DNA from: an uncultured Chlamydiae bacterium
GTDB taxonomy: Bacteria; Chlamydiota; Chlamydiia; Chlamydiales; Parachlamydiaceae
Length of the DNA: 64,000 nt
NCBI GenBank assembly: GCA_963754655.1
Contig: CAVWGN010000001.1
Location: 2,496,001 to 2,560,000, forward strand
Direction: 5' to 3'
The notes under the pieces are model-generated. The model was not told the DNA's origin, did not search any database, and saw only the letters and a list, made by a program, of their open reading frames with translations. A program made the position numbers and the translations under genes. Within the stretch, counting starts at the first letter, position 1. Each line of letters opens with the position of its first letter. Below, piece by piece: positions 51,305-60,291 of this stretch.

Positions 51305-51701
51305 CTAGGGTGTTCATTTTGTGCAAAAAATGAGCTTTATTTTCACAATAATTGGCATAGTTGAATTGGAGGTCGCATGTTTATGCCGTCCTTTCAGGAC
51401 TCGATGTCTTTTTGATAGAACCCAGGCCTCCGCTTCGCTGCGACCTGGGCTGTAACATGACGGCCCTTCAGGCCTTAACAAAAAGATGATTTAGGGATTA
51501 TAGAACAGGGACTTAAACATCTCTTGTTAAGGCCTGAAGGGCCGTCATGTTACAGCCCAGGTCGCAGCGAAGCGGAGGCCTGGGTTCTATCAAAAAGACA
51601 TCGAGTCCTGAAAGGACGGCATAAACATGCGACCTTCAATTTAACTATGCCAATTATTGTGAAAAATAAAGCTCATTTTTTGCACAAAATGAACACCCTA
51701 G
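51305..51701. repeat. Inner ~390-bp palindrome (copy 3), followed by one outer arm to about 51807
   Basis: ctagggtgttc...gaacaccctag; loop inverted relative to copies 1 and 2. Confidence 0.87.
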
Positions 51702-52083
51702 CCCTGGGCTATTTCTATTTGAAGCCCTTCAGGCTATAAAACAAATAAAAGCTATTGGGTTATTTGGGAAATATCACTGACTCTTTGACCTCGCTTGCAT
51801 AAGGTGAACTTGGAATATATCCTGAGCCATACAATGGAAAAAATTCAGTTAATGATCATATTAGACTTGCTGCGTATGACAATGGCTTGATTTATAATAT
51901 TTATGTTAAATATGATGAGTTTTGACTCATACATATACATATATAGTGTACTTTCAACCTTTACATTTCCCTAATGTTAGTAGGTAGTTTGAGCCTGAAG
52001 GGCTCTAAAGTGAAATAGCCCAGGCCCAGCGGCCTGGGAAAAAGCACCCCCATAGCGTAGTCCGAAAGACTACAAGAGAAATT

Positions 52084-52293
52084 ATGACACAGTCGCTTGC
52101 TAGCATTCTTATCCATATTATATTTAGCACCAAAACATGTCGGCCATTTATACAACCATCCATCATTAGAGATCTTCATTGTTATATGGCAAATATTATG
52201 CGTGCATATGGTTGCCATGCTTTTGAAATTGGAGGAGTTAAAGATCATGTTCGTCTTCTTATTTCTTTACCTCGTACTTTGCCATTTGTGTAA
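52084..52293 (+). pseudogene. 3'-truncated RAYT copy
   Basis: MTQSLASILIHIIFSTK...KDHVRLL (HUH mutated); homology stops near 52298. Confidence 0.85.
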
Positions 52294-52324
52294 GCTTAAC
52301 ATGATCTAGAATAAGCCATTTTAT

Positions 52325-52660
52325 TTAAGGCTCATGTCCTACACCTTTTTCGTCTCTTAATGTACGTTTTTTTGTACGAGATTCACTTTCGCCTAAATTT
52401 AACTCTTGATGACTTCCCATATCGTATTCATGTATATCATTCTCGTTTTCGCCTTTTTCTTGGTAAATCATTTTATCAAACGGAAAAAGAGGTTCTTTTG
52501 AGTCATCCTTTTGTGCTATGTCATTATCTGCTATGCCATTATCCCTCTCGTTTTCATGAGAAGTTGACACCTCTTCAAAACCCTCTTCTCCACTTTTAAA
52601 TTTTTTATTCTTTGTCATTTCAGCCTCCCTTAGATAAACTCTATTAAAGCTTGCTTCCAA
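52325..52660 (-). CDS. Hypothetical acidic/hydrophilic protein
   Basis: ORF only; the likely start MTKNKK has a GGAGG RBS. Confidence 0.45.
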   Translation of the reverse strand: MEASFNRVYLREAEMTKNKKFKSGEEGFEEVSTSHENERDNGIADNDIAQKDDSKEPLFPFDKMIYQEKGENENDIHEYDMGSHQELNLGESESRTKKRTLRDEKGVGHEP

Positions 52661-52669
52661 TGATAAGCC

Positions 52670-53038
52670 TTACATACCAAAAGGACGAGGAAAGTGCTCT
52701 GAAACAGGCTGGGAACTTCCCGTTTCTGCTCCCTCTTTAGAAAGCATATAATTCTCTACTTCAGATAAATTTCTTTTAATGGATTCTAAGCTTTCTTTAA
52801 AACTAGGATCCTCTTCAGATTCACGCTCAATGCGATCTATCGGATCTCTTAAAGTTTTTAAAAAATCTTTGCCTTTTTGTCTCTTTTCTTCCAATGAGAG
52901 ATTAGGATCATTCCAAATATCGTCTATTGTTTTCTTATATGCGTCTAAAAGAGGTTTTGGATTATTATTATCAAATCCATTTAAATTTTGTTGATAATCG
53001 GAATAATCCGAGTAATTACTATTAACATTCATACTCAT
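52670..53038 (-). CDS. Hypothetical protein
   Basis: 122-aa ORF with a GGGGAG RBS. Confidence 0.55.
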   Translation of the reverse strand: MSMNVNSNYSDYSDYQQNLNGFDNNNPKPLLDAYKKTIDDIWNDPNLSLEEKRQKGKDFLKTLRDPIDRIERESEEDPSFKESLESIKRNLSEVENYMLSKEGAETGSSQPVSEHFPRPFGM

Positions 53039-53186
53039 CTCCCCTACAGGATAAAAATCAAATTAATAAAACCCCAACTACAACCTTAATATTATCAAAA
53101 AAATGATTCATTATCAATATAAATTCTTTTAAAGGAATTAAATAGAAATAACCCTGGTTAGCTAATAGATCTCTCTATGATTTGAT

Positions 53187-54620
53187 TTAATTTGGCAGCA
53201 AAGACAAGAGGGGATCTGGATAAATAGAAAAGAGAAGGATAGCGGCAAAGATAGTTATTCCCACTACTACTGCTGGCCAAGAATGCGTAGGGGAGGTCTC
53301 GTCTACTGGCGTGTCTGAAAACATAATAGAGATCAGGCGAACATAGTAAAAGATTGAAATAATGGTTGTTAAAAGCCCGACAATAACCAGCACATAATAG
53401 CCCGCTTGAAAAGCCACTTTAAAGACATAAAACTTCGCGAAAAATCCTGCAGTTGGAGGAATACCAGCCAACGTTAAAAGACACAAGGCAAAGACTCCAG
53501 CCAGAAAAGGCGAACGTCGGAAAAGCCCCTGCAGATCCTTAAGAAAAACACCTTGGCTGTCATGGTCGAGAATGGCGAGAACGGCAAAAGAACCCAATGT
53601 TGCCAAAGCATAGACGACCAAATAAAACTCAAGCGACGGCAGCGATTCTGCAGTATTAGCCACAATGGGAATGAGCAGAAAGCCTGCATGCGAAATGCCA
53701 GAATAAGCAAACAGACGGCGCAGCTGCACTTGACGCAGGGCAACTATATTGGCATAGATCATCGTTGCGATAGCCAACCAGGCCATTCCTTGATTCCAAA
53801 TAGGATTAAATTGGGGTAATGCAACTAAAAAAACTCTTGCAAAAGCTGCAAAAGCACCCACCTTGGTTCCTACAGCCATAAAAGCAGTGACGGGATTAGG
53901 GGCTCCATCATAGACATCGGGAGCCCACACATGAAAGGGAACAATAGCTGCTTTAAAAGCCAATCCAAGAGTGACTAAAGCAATTCCGCCTAAGAAAAGC
54001 GCTTGATTCGATGTCATCGATAAAGAGCGATAGTCTCCCAGTAAATCTGCAAAATGAGTCGTCCCTACCGCCCCATAAATCAGAGCAATTCCATAAATAA
54101 AAAAGGATGTCGCCAAAGCACCGATCAAAAAGTACTTGATGGCTGCTTCGCTTGAGGCCTTCCATTTTTTCATATAGCCACACAGGACGTAAAGGGCAAT
54201 TGACAGAGTTTCAAGCCCCAAGAACAAAGTCAAAAAATCGGCAGCAGCCCCAATCAGAATCAATCCAAAAAGAGCGGAGAGGAGAAAAAAATAATATTCC
54301 CCATGCGTCGCTTCAAAGCGTTGAAAAAAAGAGGCAGTAAGAAAAGCAGACGCAAAGCCGATGCTTAAAAATAAAATAGAAAAAAAACGGGCTAAGGAAT
54401 CAAATTTCAACCAAGGAGTTAAAAGGGCATTGTCGCTAGCGGGAGCAAATACAGTGGCTATTAACGCCAAGGTAATCGCAACTAACGCTACATAAAAAGA
54501 CCCTTTTTTTGCGATTTTTTCGCTAAAAGCTTCCATCAAAAGCAAGCTCAATGCGCACACGAGCAAGATCAAAAGTGGGCTTAAAGCAGCAAAGTCAATC
54601 AATTGCAAAACAGGATTCAT
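53187..54620 (-). CDS. nuoN: NADH-quinone oxidoreductase subunit N
   Basis: EAAIKYF, PFHVWAPDVYDGAP, AYSGISHAG, LAGIPPTAGF. Confidence 0.95.
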   Translation of the reverse strand: MNPVLQLIDFAALSPLLILLVCALSLLLMEAFSEKIAKKGSFYVALVAITLALIATVFAPASDNALLTPWLKFDSLARFFSILFLSIGFASAFLTASFFQRFEATHGEYYFFLLSALFGLILIGAAADFLTLFLGLETLSIALYVLCGYMKKWKASSEAAIKYFLIGALATSFFIYGIALIYGAVGTTHFADLLGDYRSLSMTSNQALFLGGIALVTLGLAFKAAIVPFHVWAPDVYDGAPNPVTAFMAVGTKVGAFAAFARVFLVALPQFNPIWNQGMAWLAIATMIYANIVALRQVQLRRLFAYSGISHAGFLLIPIVANTAESLPSLEFYLVVYALATLGSFAVLAILDHDSQGVFLKDLQGLFRRSPFLAGVFALCLLTLAGIPPTAGFFAKFYVFKVAFQAGYYVLVIVGLLTTIISIFYYVRLISIMFSDTPVDETSPTHSWPAVVVGITIFAAILLFSIYPDPLLSLLPN

Positions 54621-56086
54621 GACTCCTCCAGATCCTTAACAAGGACAAGATCTTTTCCAGCAGCAGGCACCACTTGTTTCAACACTGGATCGGGATAAAA
54701 GCCAATCCAGAAAATCACAGCCACGAGCGGAAAAGCAATCAATAACTCTTTGAAATGAATATCAGCAAAAGAAAGGGAGAAATTTGCTTTTGGTGTTTCA
54801 AAGTAAACCTTTTGCATCCAACGCAGCATATAAATGACCGAAAGAATGACAGTCAATCCTAAAATCAACGTTAACCAAGGATGCTGTTCAAATAAACCAA
54901 AAAGAATTAAAAGCTCGCCAATAAAGTTGTTTGTGCCAGGAAGAGCGATAGAGGATAAAACAAAAATCATTGTCAGCCAGCACAGTTGCGGCAAAAACTT
55001 GGCGATTCCACTACAGGGACCCATCGCTGTGGACCCCAGACGCTCTTCCAACCAGCCTGCCACTAGAAATAAGCCCGTGATGGTCACGCCGTGGTTCAAA
55101 GCTTGCAAAACGGCTCCCTCATGGGCGGCCTGGCTCCAAACAAAAATTCCAGCCAAAATAAAATTGACGTGCGAAAAACTCGAATAGGCAATCAAACGCT
55201 TATAATCGTTTTGCATCCAAGCTGCAAGCCCTCCATACAACACACCTGCAATTGCTAATCCAAGCAATAGAGGACTCCATTCCCTAATGAGAGTGGGAAA
55301 TAATCCCAATCCAATGCGCAAAAAACCATAAATGCCCGCTTTGGATAGAAGAGCCGCGAGGAGAATGGATCCAGACGTCGACGCTTGATAATAAACATCT
55401 GGCAGCCATCCATGAAAAGGGAAAAGAGGTGTCTTCACTGAAAAAGCGAGCACGAAGATGGCGCAAATCCAACCTGCATAGGGATGATGAGAAGCCAAAT
55501 CAGAGAGAACATCAAGATTAAAAGTACTTTTTCCCTGAGCCGCAGATGCCACGTAAAGAGCCAACACAGCAGCCACCATTAACGCAGAGCCTGTGATCAT
55601 ATAAATTAAAAATTTAAGGGCGGCTGTCTTTCGATGTGCTTTGCCCCAAAGTGTGATCAAAAAATACAGGGGAAAAAGCATCGCTTCCCAAAAGATGACA
55701 AACAGCACGAGATCGCGCGCTGTGAAAAATCCAATAAGTAATCCTTGCAAAAGCAAAACAAATCCATAAAAAGTATTGGGAAAAGAAAGATCTTTACCAT
55801 GGATTGCTAAAAGGCTAATTGGAATGATCATTGCCGTTAAGTACAAAAAAAGCAAGGAAAGGGAATCCACTCTCAAGTAAAATTCAATGGACAAAGGAGA
55901 AAGCCAGGCATATTCTACCCGATCACCAACCCAACTATTCACACCAAATGAAAGGAGAAGCAAAAGAGGAAGAAGGCTCATCCCTACTGCCAAACGCTTG
56001 AAATTTTTTCCTGAAATCGAGGGAAAAATAAAAGCGACGATTGAAGCGAGAAAGGGAATGATAAACAACCACATCAATTTAGGCAT
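54617..56086 (-). CDS. nuoM: NADH-quinone oxidoreductase subunit M
   Basis: VKTPLFPFHGWLP, KRLIAYSSFSH, LPGTNNFIGE. Confidence 0.95.
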   Translation of the reverse strand: MPKLMWLFIIPFLASIVAFIFPSISGKNFKRLAVGMSLLPLLLLLSFGVNSWVGDRVEYAWLSPLSIEFYLRVDSLSLLFLYLTAMIIPISLLAIHGKDLSFPNTFYGFVLLLQGLLIGFFTARDLVLFVIFWEAMLFPLYFLITLWGKAHRKTAALKFLIYMITGSALMVAAVLALYVASAAQGKSTFNLDVLSDLASHHPYAGWICAIFVLAFSVKTPLFPFHGWLPDVYYQASTSGSILLAALLSKAGIYGFLRIGLGLFPTLIREWSPLLLGLAIAGVLYGGLAAWMQNDYKRLIAYSSFSHVNFILAGIFVWSQAAHEGAVLQALNHGVTITGLFLVAGWLEERLGSTAMGPCSGIAKFLPQLCWLTMIFVLSSIALPGTNNFIGELLILFGLFEQHPWLTLILGLTVILSVIYMLRWMQKVYFETPKANFSLSFADIHFKELLIAFPLVAVIFWIGFYPDPVLKQVVPAAGKDLVLVKDLEES

Positions 56087-56092
56087 GCGACC

Positions 56093-57964
56093 TCAAAAAA
56101 CAAAATAAATCATTAAAAGAACTGAGCCAACCACCATCCATGCCATGTATGAACGGATTTGTCCGCTTTGAAGACGTTGTAACCTTTGAGCAACTTGTTG
56201 GGTGACACGAACTGCTCCTGTTATCACACCCTCAAAAATTTTTGGTTCAAGGAATTGAACGATCAATCTTGCAATCGCTTTAAGAGGTTTAACAAACACC
56301 CACTCATAACATTCATTGACATAGAATTGATGTTTCAACAGCGCGAATGGGGTACTTAAGCGATTCAAATAGCGGGTATAAATAAAGGCTGTCACCCCTA
56401 CTCCTAAAAAAGCCCCTGCTATAGCGATCCAGGTTTCAGGCGTAAGCACAAAACCACTACGCAGCTCTTCTTCTAAGTGGGTGACTCCCACTTCCTTCAA
56501 AAAATGCTCTAGCAGTGGAGAACCATTAAATGTATAACCCAAGAAGCCGCCTATCATGGCAAGCAGTCCTAAAATCCCAATTGGAATCAACATCACATTT
56601 GGAGCCTCATGCACTGTCTTTAATTCCTGAGGATCAAAACGGTGTGGTCCTGTGAATGTGAGGCAATAAGCGCGAGTCATATAGACTCCTGTCAAAATGG
56701 ATGCAGCCAAGCCAATATAAAAAAGGATGTCATATCCCGCTAAGTATTCTTGTTCTAAAATTAAATCTTTGCTGAAAAAGGCGGCAAATGGAGGAATTCC
56801 CGATAAGGCGAGCACTCCAATTAAAAAGAGCCAATGTGTCTTAGTAAAAATTTTCGATAATCCACCCATCTTTGCCATTTCAGTGGTTCCATGCAGCATA
56901 TGGACAACATTGCCAGCAGACAGGAAAAGGAGAGCTTTAATAAATGCATGGGTTGTCAAGTGGAACATGGCCGAGTAAAAAGCACCTGCTCCGCAAGCCA
57001 GAAACATTAATCCTAATTGGCTTACAGTAGAGAAAGCTAACACTCGTTTCAAATCAGTCTGACCTAAAGCACAAAGAGCTGCAAACAAGGAGGTGACTCC
57101 TCCTATTATCCCAACCACTTGTAACGTCACTGGAGCCAATAGAAAGAGCGCATGCAAACGCACCACCAAATAAACGCCTGCAGTTACCATGGTGGCAGCA
57201 TGGATCAGTGCAGAAACAGGTGTTGGACCTTCCATCGCATCAGGCAGCCAGGAATAGAGAGGGAGCTGCGCTGATTTTCCAGTGGCGCCAACAAAATAAA
57301 GCATAGTCAACAGAGTGATAATGGGCGCTCCAACTGCAAATTCTTGTCCTGCTCGCTGGGAAATTTCGGCAATATCGCCTGTTCCAAATAAGTAAAATGT
57401 CAAAATCAATCCTAATAAAAAGCCCAAGTCGCCGATGCGGTTGATGACAAAAGCCTTGGTAGCCGCTTGCGCAGCTGCTGGACGTGTATACCAAAATCCA
57501 ATCAAAAGATAGGAAGCAAGACCCACTCCTTCCCATCCCAAAAAGAGAACGAGCAGATGGCCTGCTAAGACCAATAACAACATCGAAAAGACAAAGAAGT
57601 TCAGAAAAGCAAAGTAACGGGCGAAATCTTCCTCCTCTTCCATATAGCCAACCGAATAGACATGAATGAGAAAACCAATGCCTGTAATGATTAAGGTCAT
57701 GAGCAATGATAAAGAGTCAAGATGCAAGGTAAAATCAGCGTTAATGCCTTTAAGCGGGACGAAGCGAAATAAAGTGAATTGTGCAGAACTTATGTCTGTT
57801 TTAAGATACATGGCCAGCAGACTGATAAAGCAGATGAAGGAAAAGCAAAGAGTGGAACATGCAATAATGCCAGCCCAACGTCTTCCAATCACTTTGTAAG
57901 ACGCAACCAATCCCAAAAACCCAGCCAATGGCAGAAAAAGTCCAAGGTACAAGACGTATGACAT
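56093..57964 (-). CDS. nuoL: NADH-quinone oxidoreductase subunit L
   Basis: WEGVG, GKSAQLP, DAMEGPTPVSALIHAATMVTAG. Confidence 0.97.
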   Translation of the reverse strand: MSYVLYLGLFLPLAGFLGLVASYKVIGRRWAGIIACSTLCFSFICFISLLAMYLKTDISSAQFTLFRFVPLKGINADFTLHLDSLSLLMTLIITGIGFLIHVYSVGYMEEEEDFARYFAFLNFFVFSMLLLVLAGHLLVLFLGWEGVGLASYLLIGFWYTRPAAAQAATKAFVINRIGDLGFLLGLILTFYLFGTGDIAEISQRAGQEFAVGAPIITLLTMLYFVGATGKSAQLPLYSWLPDAMEGPTPVSALIHAATMVTAGVYLVVRLHALFLLAPVTLQVVGIIGGVTSLFAALCALGQTDLKRVLAFSTVSQLGLMFLACGAGAFYSAMFHLTTHAFIKALLFLSAGNVVHMLHGTTEMAKMGGLSKIFTKTHWLFLIGVLALSGIPPFAAFFSKDLILEQEYLAGYDILFYIGLAASILTGVYMTRAYCLTFTGPHRFDPQELKTVHEAPNVMLIPIGILGLLAMIGGFLGYTFNGSPLLEHFLKEVGVTHLEEELRSGFVLTPETWIAIAGAFLGVGVTAFIYTRYLNRLSTPFALLKHQFYVNECYEWVFVKPLKAIARLIVQFLEPKIFEGVITGAVRVTQQVAQRLQRLQSGQIRSYMAWMVVGSVLLMIYFVF

Positions 57965-57965
57965 T

Positions 57966-58265
57966 TTATCCTCTCAATACATTGTACTGATCAACATCAA
58001 CCACTTTCTTTGTGCGAAATAAGTTGATGATAATGGCAAGTCCTACGGCTGCCTCAGCTGCTGCTACAACAAGGACAAAGAAAACCCAAACTAAACCAAT
58101 TTGATTTTCCCATTGCCTAGCAAAGGCAACAAAGAGAAGATTAGCGGAATTGAGCATCATTTCAATCGATAAAAATAAAATCAATGTATTGCGTTTGGTC
58201 AAGACTCCGATAATGCCAATTGCAAACAGCGCCAGGCTGATAAAAATGATGAACGAAATGTCCAT
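57966..58265 (-). CDS. nuoK: NADH-quinone oxidoreductase subunit K
   Basis: SIEMMLN, AAAEAAVGLA. Confidence 0.95.
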   Translation of the reverse strand: MDISFIIFISLALFAIGIIGVLTKRNTLILFLSIEMMLNSANLLFVAFARQWENQIGLVWVFFVLVVAAAEAAVGLAIIINLFRTKKVVDVDQYNVLRG

Positions 58266-58778
58266 TTAATTCTCCTTCTTTGCAATGTAAAGCGCTCCAA
58301 CGATAGCAACTAAAAAAAGTAAAATGACAGCTTCAAAAGGAAAAAAGAAATCCAAGTAAAGAGCCCGACCGATTCCATGCACGCTCCCAAATTCTTGGGG
58401 CAGCGTTTGATTAAAGTTGGCCAAATGAATGAGCTTTGATCCAAAAAAACTCAACGCCACCACAAAGGCAATACCTGCAATTGTCAAAAATTGCGGTTGA
58501 CTTTGCGATTTAAATCGCGCCATCTGTTGATAAGCATCTTGAAAAAGCACAATGACGAAAACAAAGATCACAAGAATCGCTCCTGCGTAAACTAAAATTT
58601 GCATAACGGCAATAAATTCAGCAGATAGCTGCAGATAAAACACAGCTAATACGATAAGCGAAAGAAGAAAAGAAAGACTGGCATGAATCGGTTTGCGCAG
58701 CGAGACCACGCCTATAGCAGATAAAATTAATGTGATACCTAAAATCCATTGTGTAAAGCTAACGTGCCAAGGTCCCAT
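58266..58778 (-). CDS. nuoJ: NADH-quinone oxidoreductase subunit J
   Basis: QILVYAGAI, PFE. Confidence 0.93.
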   Translation of the reverse strand: MGPWHVSFTQWILGITLILSAIGVVSLRKPIHASLSFLLSLIVLAVFYLQLSAEFIAVMQILVYAGAILVIFVFVIVLFQDAYQQMARFKSQSQPQFLTIAGIAFVVALSFFGSKLIHLANFNQTLPQEFGSVHGIGRALYLDFFFPFEAVILLFLVAIVGALYIAKKEN

Positions 58779-58784
58779 TGCGAT

Positions 58785-59258
58785 TTAAATCTCCCTTCGG
58801 GGATCACGTCCCGATTCGCCCGGATATTTTTCTGTTAATATTTCTTTGGTAAAGATCATTTCTTCGCGCGTATAGGTAGAAAGCTCATATTCATTGCTTA
58901 AAATAATTGCCCCTGTCGGACAAGCTTCTTCGCAATATCCGCAATAAATACAGCGAATCATATTGATTTGAAAATCAGAGGCATAACGCTCGCCATGCGA
59001 ATGCACATCGCCTGGTTTATTTTCTGCTGGCTTCACATAAATGGCTTGGGCGGGGCAAACAATGGCGCACAACTCGCAACCCACACAGCGTTCTAGACCA
59101 TCTTCCCATTTGGTGAGGTAATGGAGGCCGCGAGAACGGGAAGCAGGTTGACGCTTTTCCTCTGGATAGCGTATGGTCACCGGACGTTTAAAAGCATATT
59201 TTAAAACAATAAAAAGACCGTTAATCATTGATGCAATTTTTGATATTGTTTTTCTCAT
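58785..59258 (-). CDS. nuoI: NADH-quinone oxidoreductase subunit I
   Basis: Two 4Fe-4S motifs CVGCELCAIVCP and CIYCGYCEEACP. Confidence 0.96.
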   Translation of the reverse strand: MRKTISKIASMINGLFIVLKYAFKRPVTIRYPEEKRQPASRSRGLHYLTKWEDGLERCVGCELCAIVCPAQAIYVKPAENKPGDVHSHGERYASDFQINMIRCIYCGYCEEACPTGAIILSNEYELSTYTREEMIFTKEILTEKYPGESGRDPRREI

Positions 59259-60240
59259 GATTTACCACCAAAATAAAATATGCTGTGACAATCAAATTAA
59301 TGAGTGCGATGGGAAGCAAGACTTTCCAGCCAAAATTCATCAGCTGACCATAGCGAAAGCGAGGCATCGTTGCCCGTACCCACATGAAAAAGAAAATAAA
59401 GATCGCGACTTTGACCACAAACCACAAAATGGGAATATCCCAAGGTCCAAGCCATCCTCCAAGAAAAAGAGTAACGGCAATCGCAGAAACAGCCAACATA
59501 TTGACATATTCGCCTAAAAAGAAAATGGCAAATTTCATTCCCCCATATTCGGTATGATAGCCGCCCGTCAATTCCTGTTCAGCTTCCGGCAAATCAAAAG
59601 GGGCGCGATTCGTTTCGGCAAACATCGTAATGACATAAATGATAAAGCTAATGGGATTGGTCCAAATAAACCAATGCTGACGCTGCGCTTCTACAATTTG
59701 CGTAAAATCTAAAGTTCCTGCCGAAAGAATCACAGTTAAAAGCGAAATCCCCATGGGAATTTCATAGCTGATCATTTGCGCTGTGCCGCGCAATCCTCCT
59801 AAAAGAGAATAACGGTCATTTGAAGACCAGCCAGCTAAAACAACACCATAAACAGCTAAAGAAGAAAAGGCGAGAAAAAAGACGATGCCTGCATTGACAT
59901 CTGCAATGCGTAAAGCAACTGGGTGGCCAAAAATTGTCACTGTTCCACCAAAAGGGATAAGGACAAAGGCAAATAAAGCGGTAAAAAGAGAAATTCCAGG
60001 AGCTAGCCAATAGGTAAAGATATCAATATTTGCCGGTTGAAAACGCTCTTTGCTTAGAAGCTTAATTCCATCGGCAATGGGCTGGAGCAGTCCCAAAGGT
60101 CCCACGCGGTTGGGGCCCAAACGTAGCTGCATACGTGCCATGACCACACGCTCCATCAACGTCATATAAGCAGCCGCCAACATAAGCAGGGCAATGAGGA
60201 TGATGGATTTGATAAGCACTTCGACTGTCATTTCAAGCAT
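59221..60240 (-). CDS. nuoH: NADH-quinone oxidoreductase subunit H
   Basis: GPNRVGP, ADGIKL, ETNRAPFDLPEAE. Confidence 0.97.
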   Translation of the reverse strand: MLEMTVEVLIKSIILIALLMLAAAYMTLMERVVMARMQLRLGPNRVGPLGLLQPIADGIKLLSKERFQPANIDIFTYWLAPGISLFTALFAFVLIPFGGTVTIFGHPVALRIADVNAGIVFFLAFSSLAVYGVVLAGWSSNDRYSLLGGLRGTAQMISYEIPMGISLLTVILSAGTLDFTQIVEAQRQHWFIWTNPISFIIYVITMFAETNRAPFDLPEAEQELTGGYHTEYGGMKFAIFFLGEYVNMLAVSAIAVTLFLGGWLGPWDIPILWFVVKVAIFIFFFMWVRATMPRFRYGQLMNFGWKVLLPIALINLIVTAYFILVVNHEKNNIKNCIND

Positions 60241-60291
60241 GCATTTTTCTTTTTTAAAATTCTTTTTAAAAACAAATCAAGCTTTAGTCCT

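Larger units (their letters stand above)
41454..52298. repeat. Direct duplication: 41454-46316 (interrupted by IS481) and 48879-52298
   Basis: Both copies run LRR-C gene, RAYT 3' remnant, palindrome, spacer, RAYT 5' part. Confidence 0.88.
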
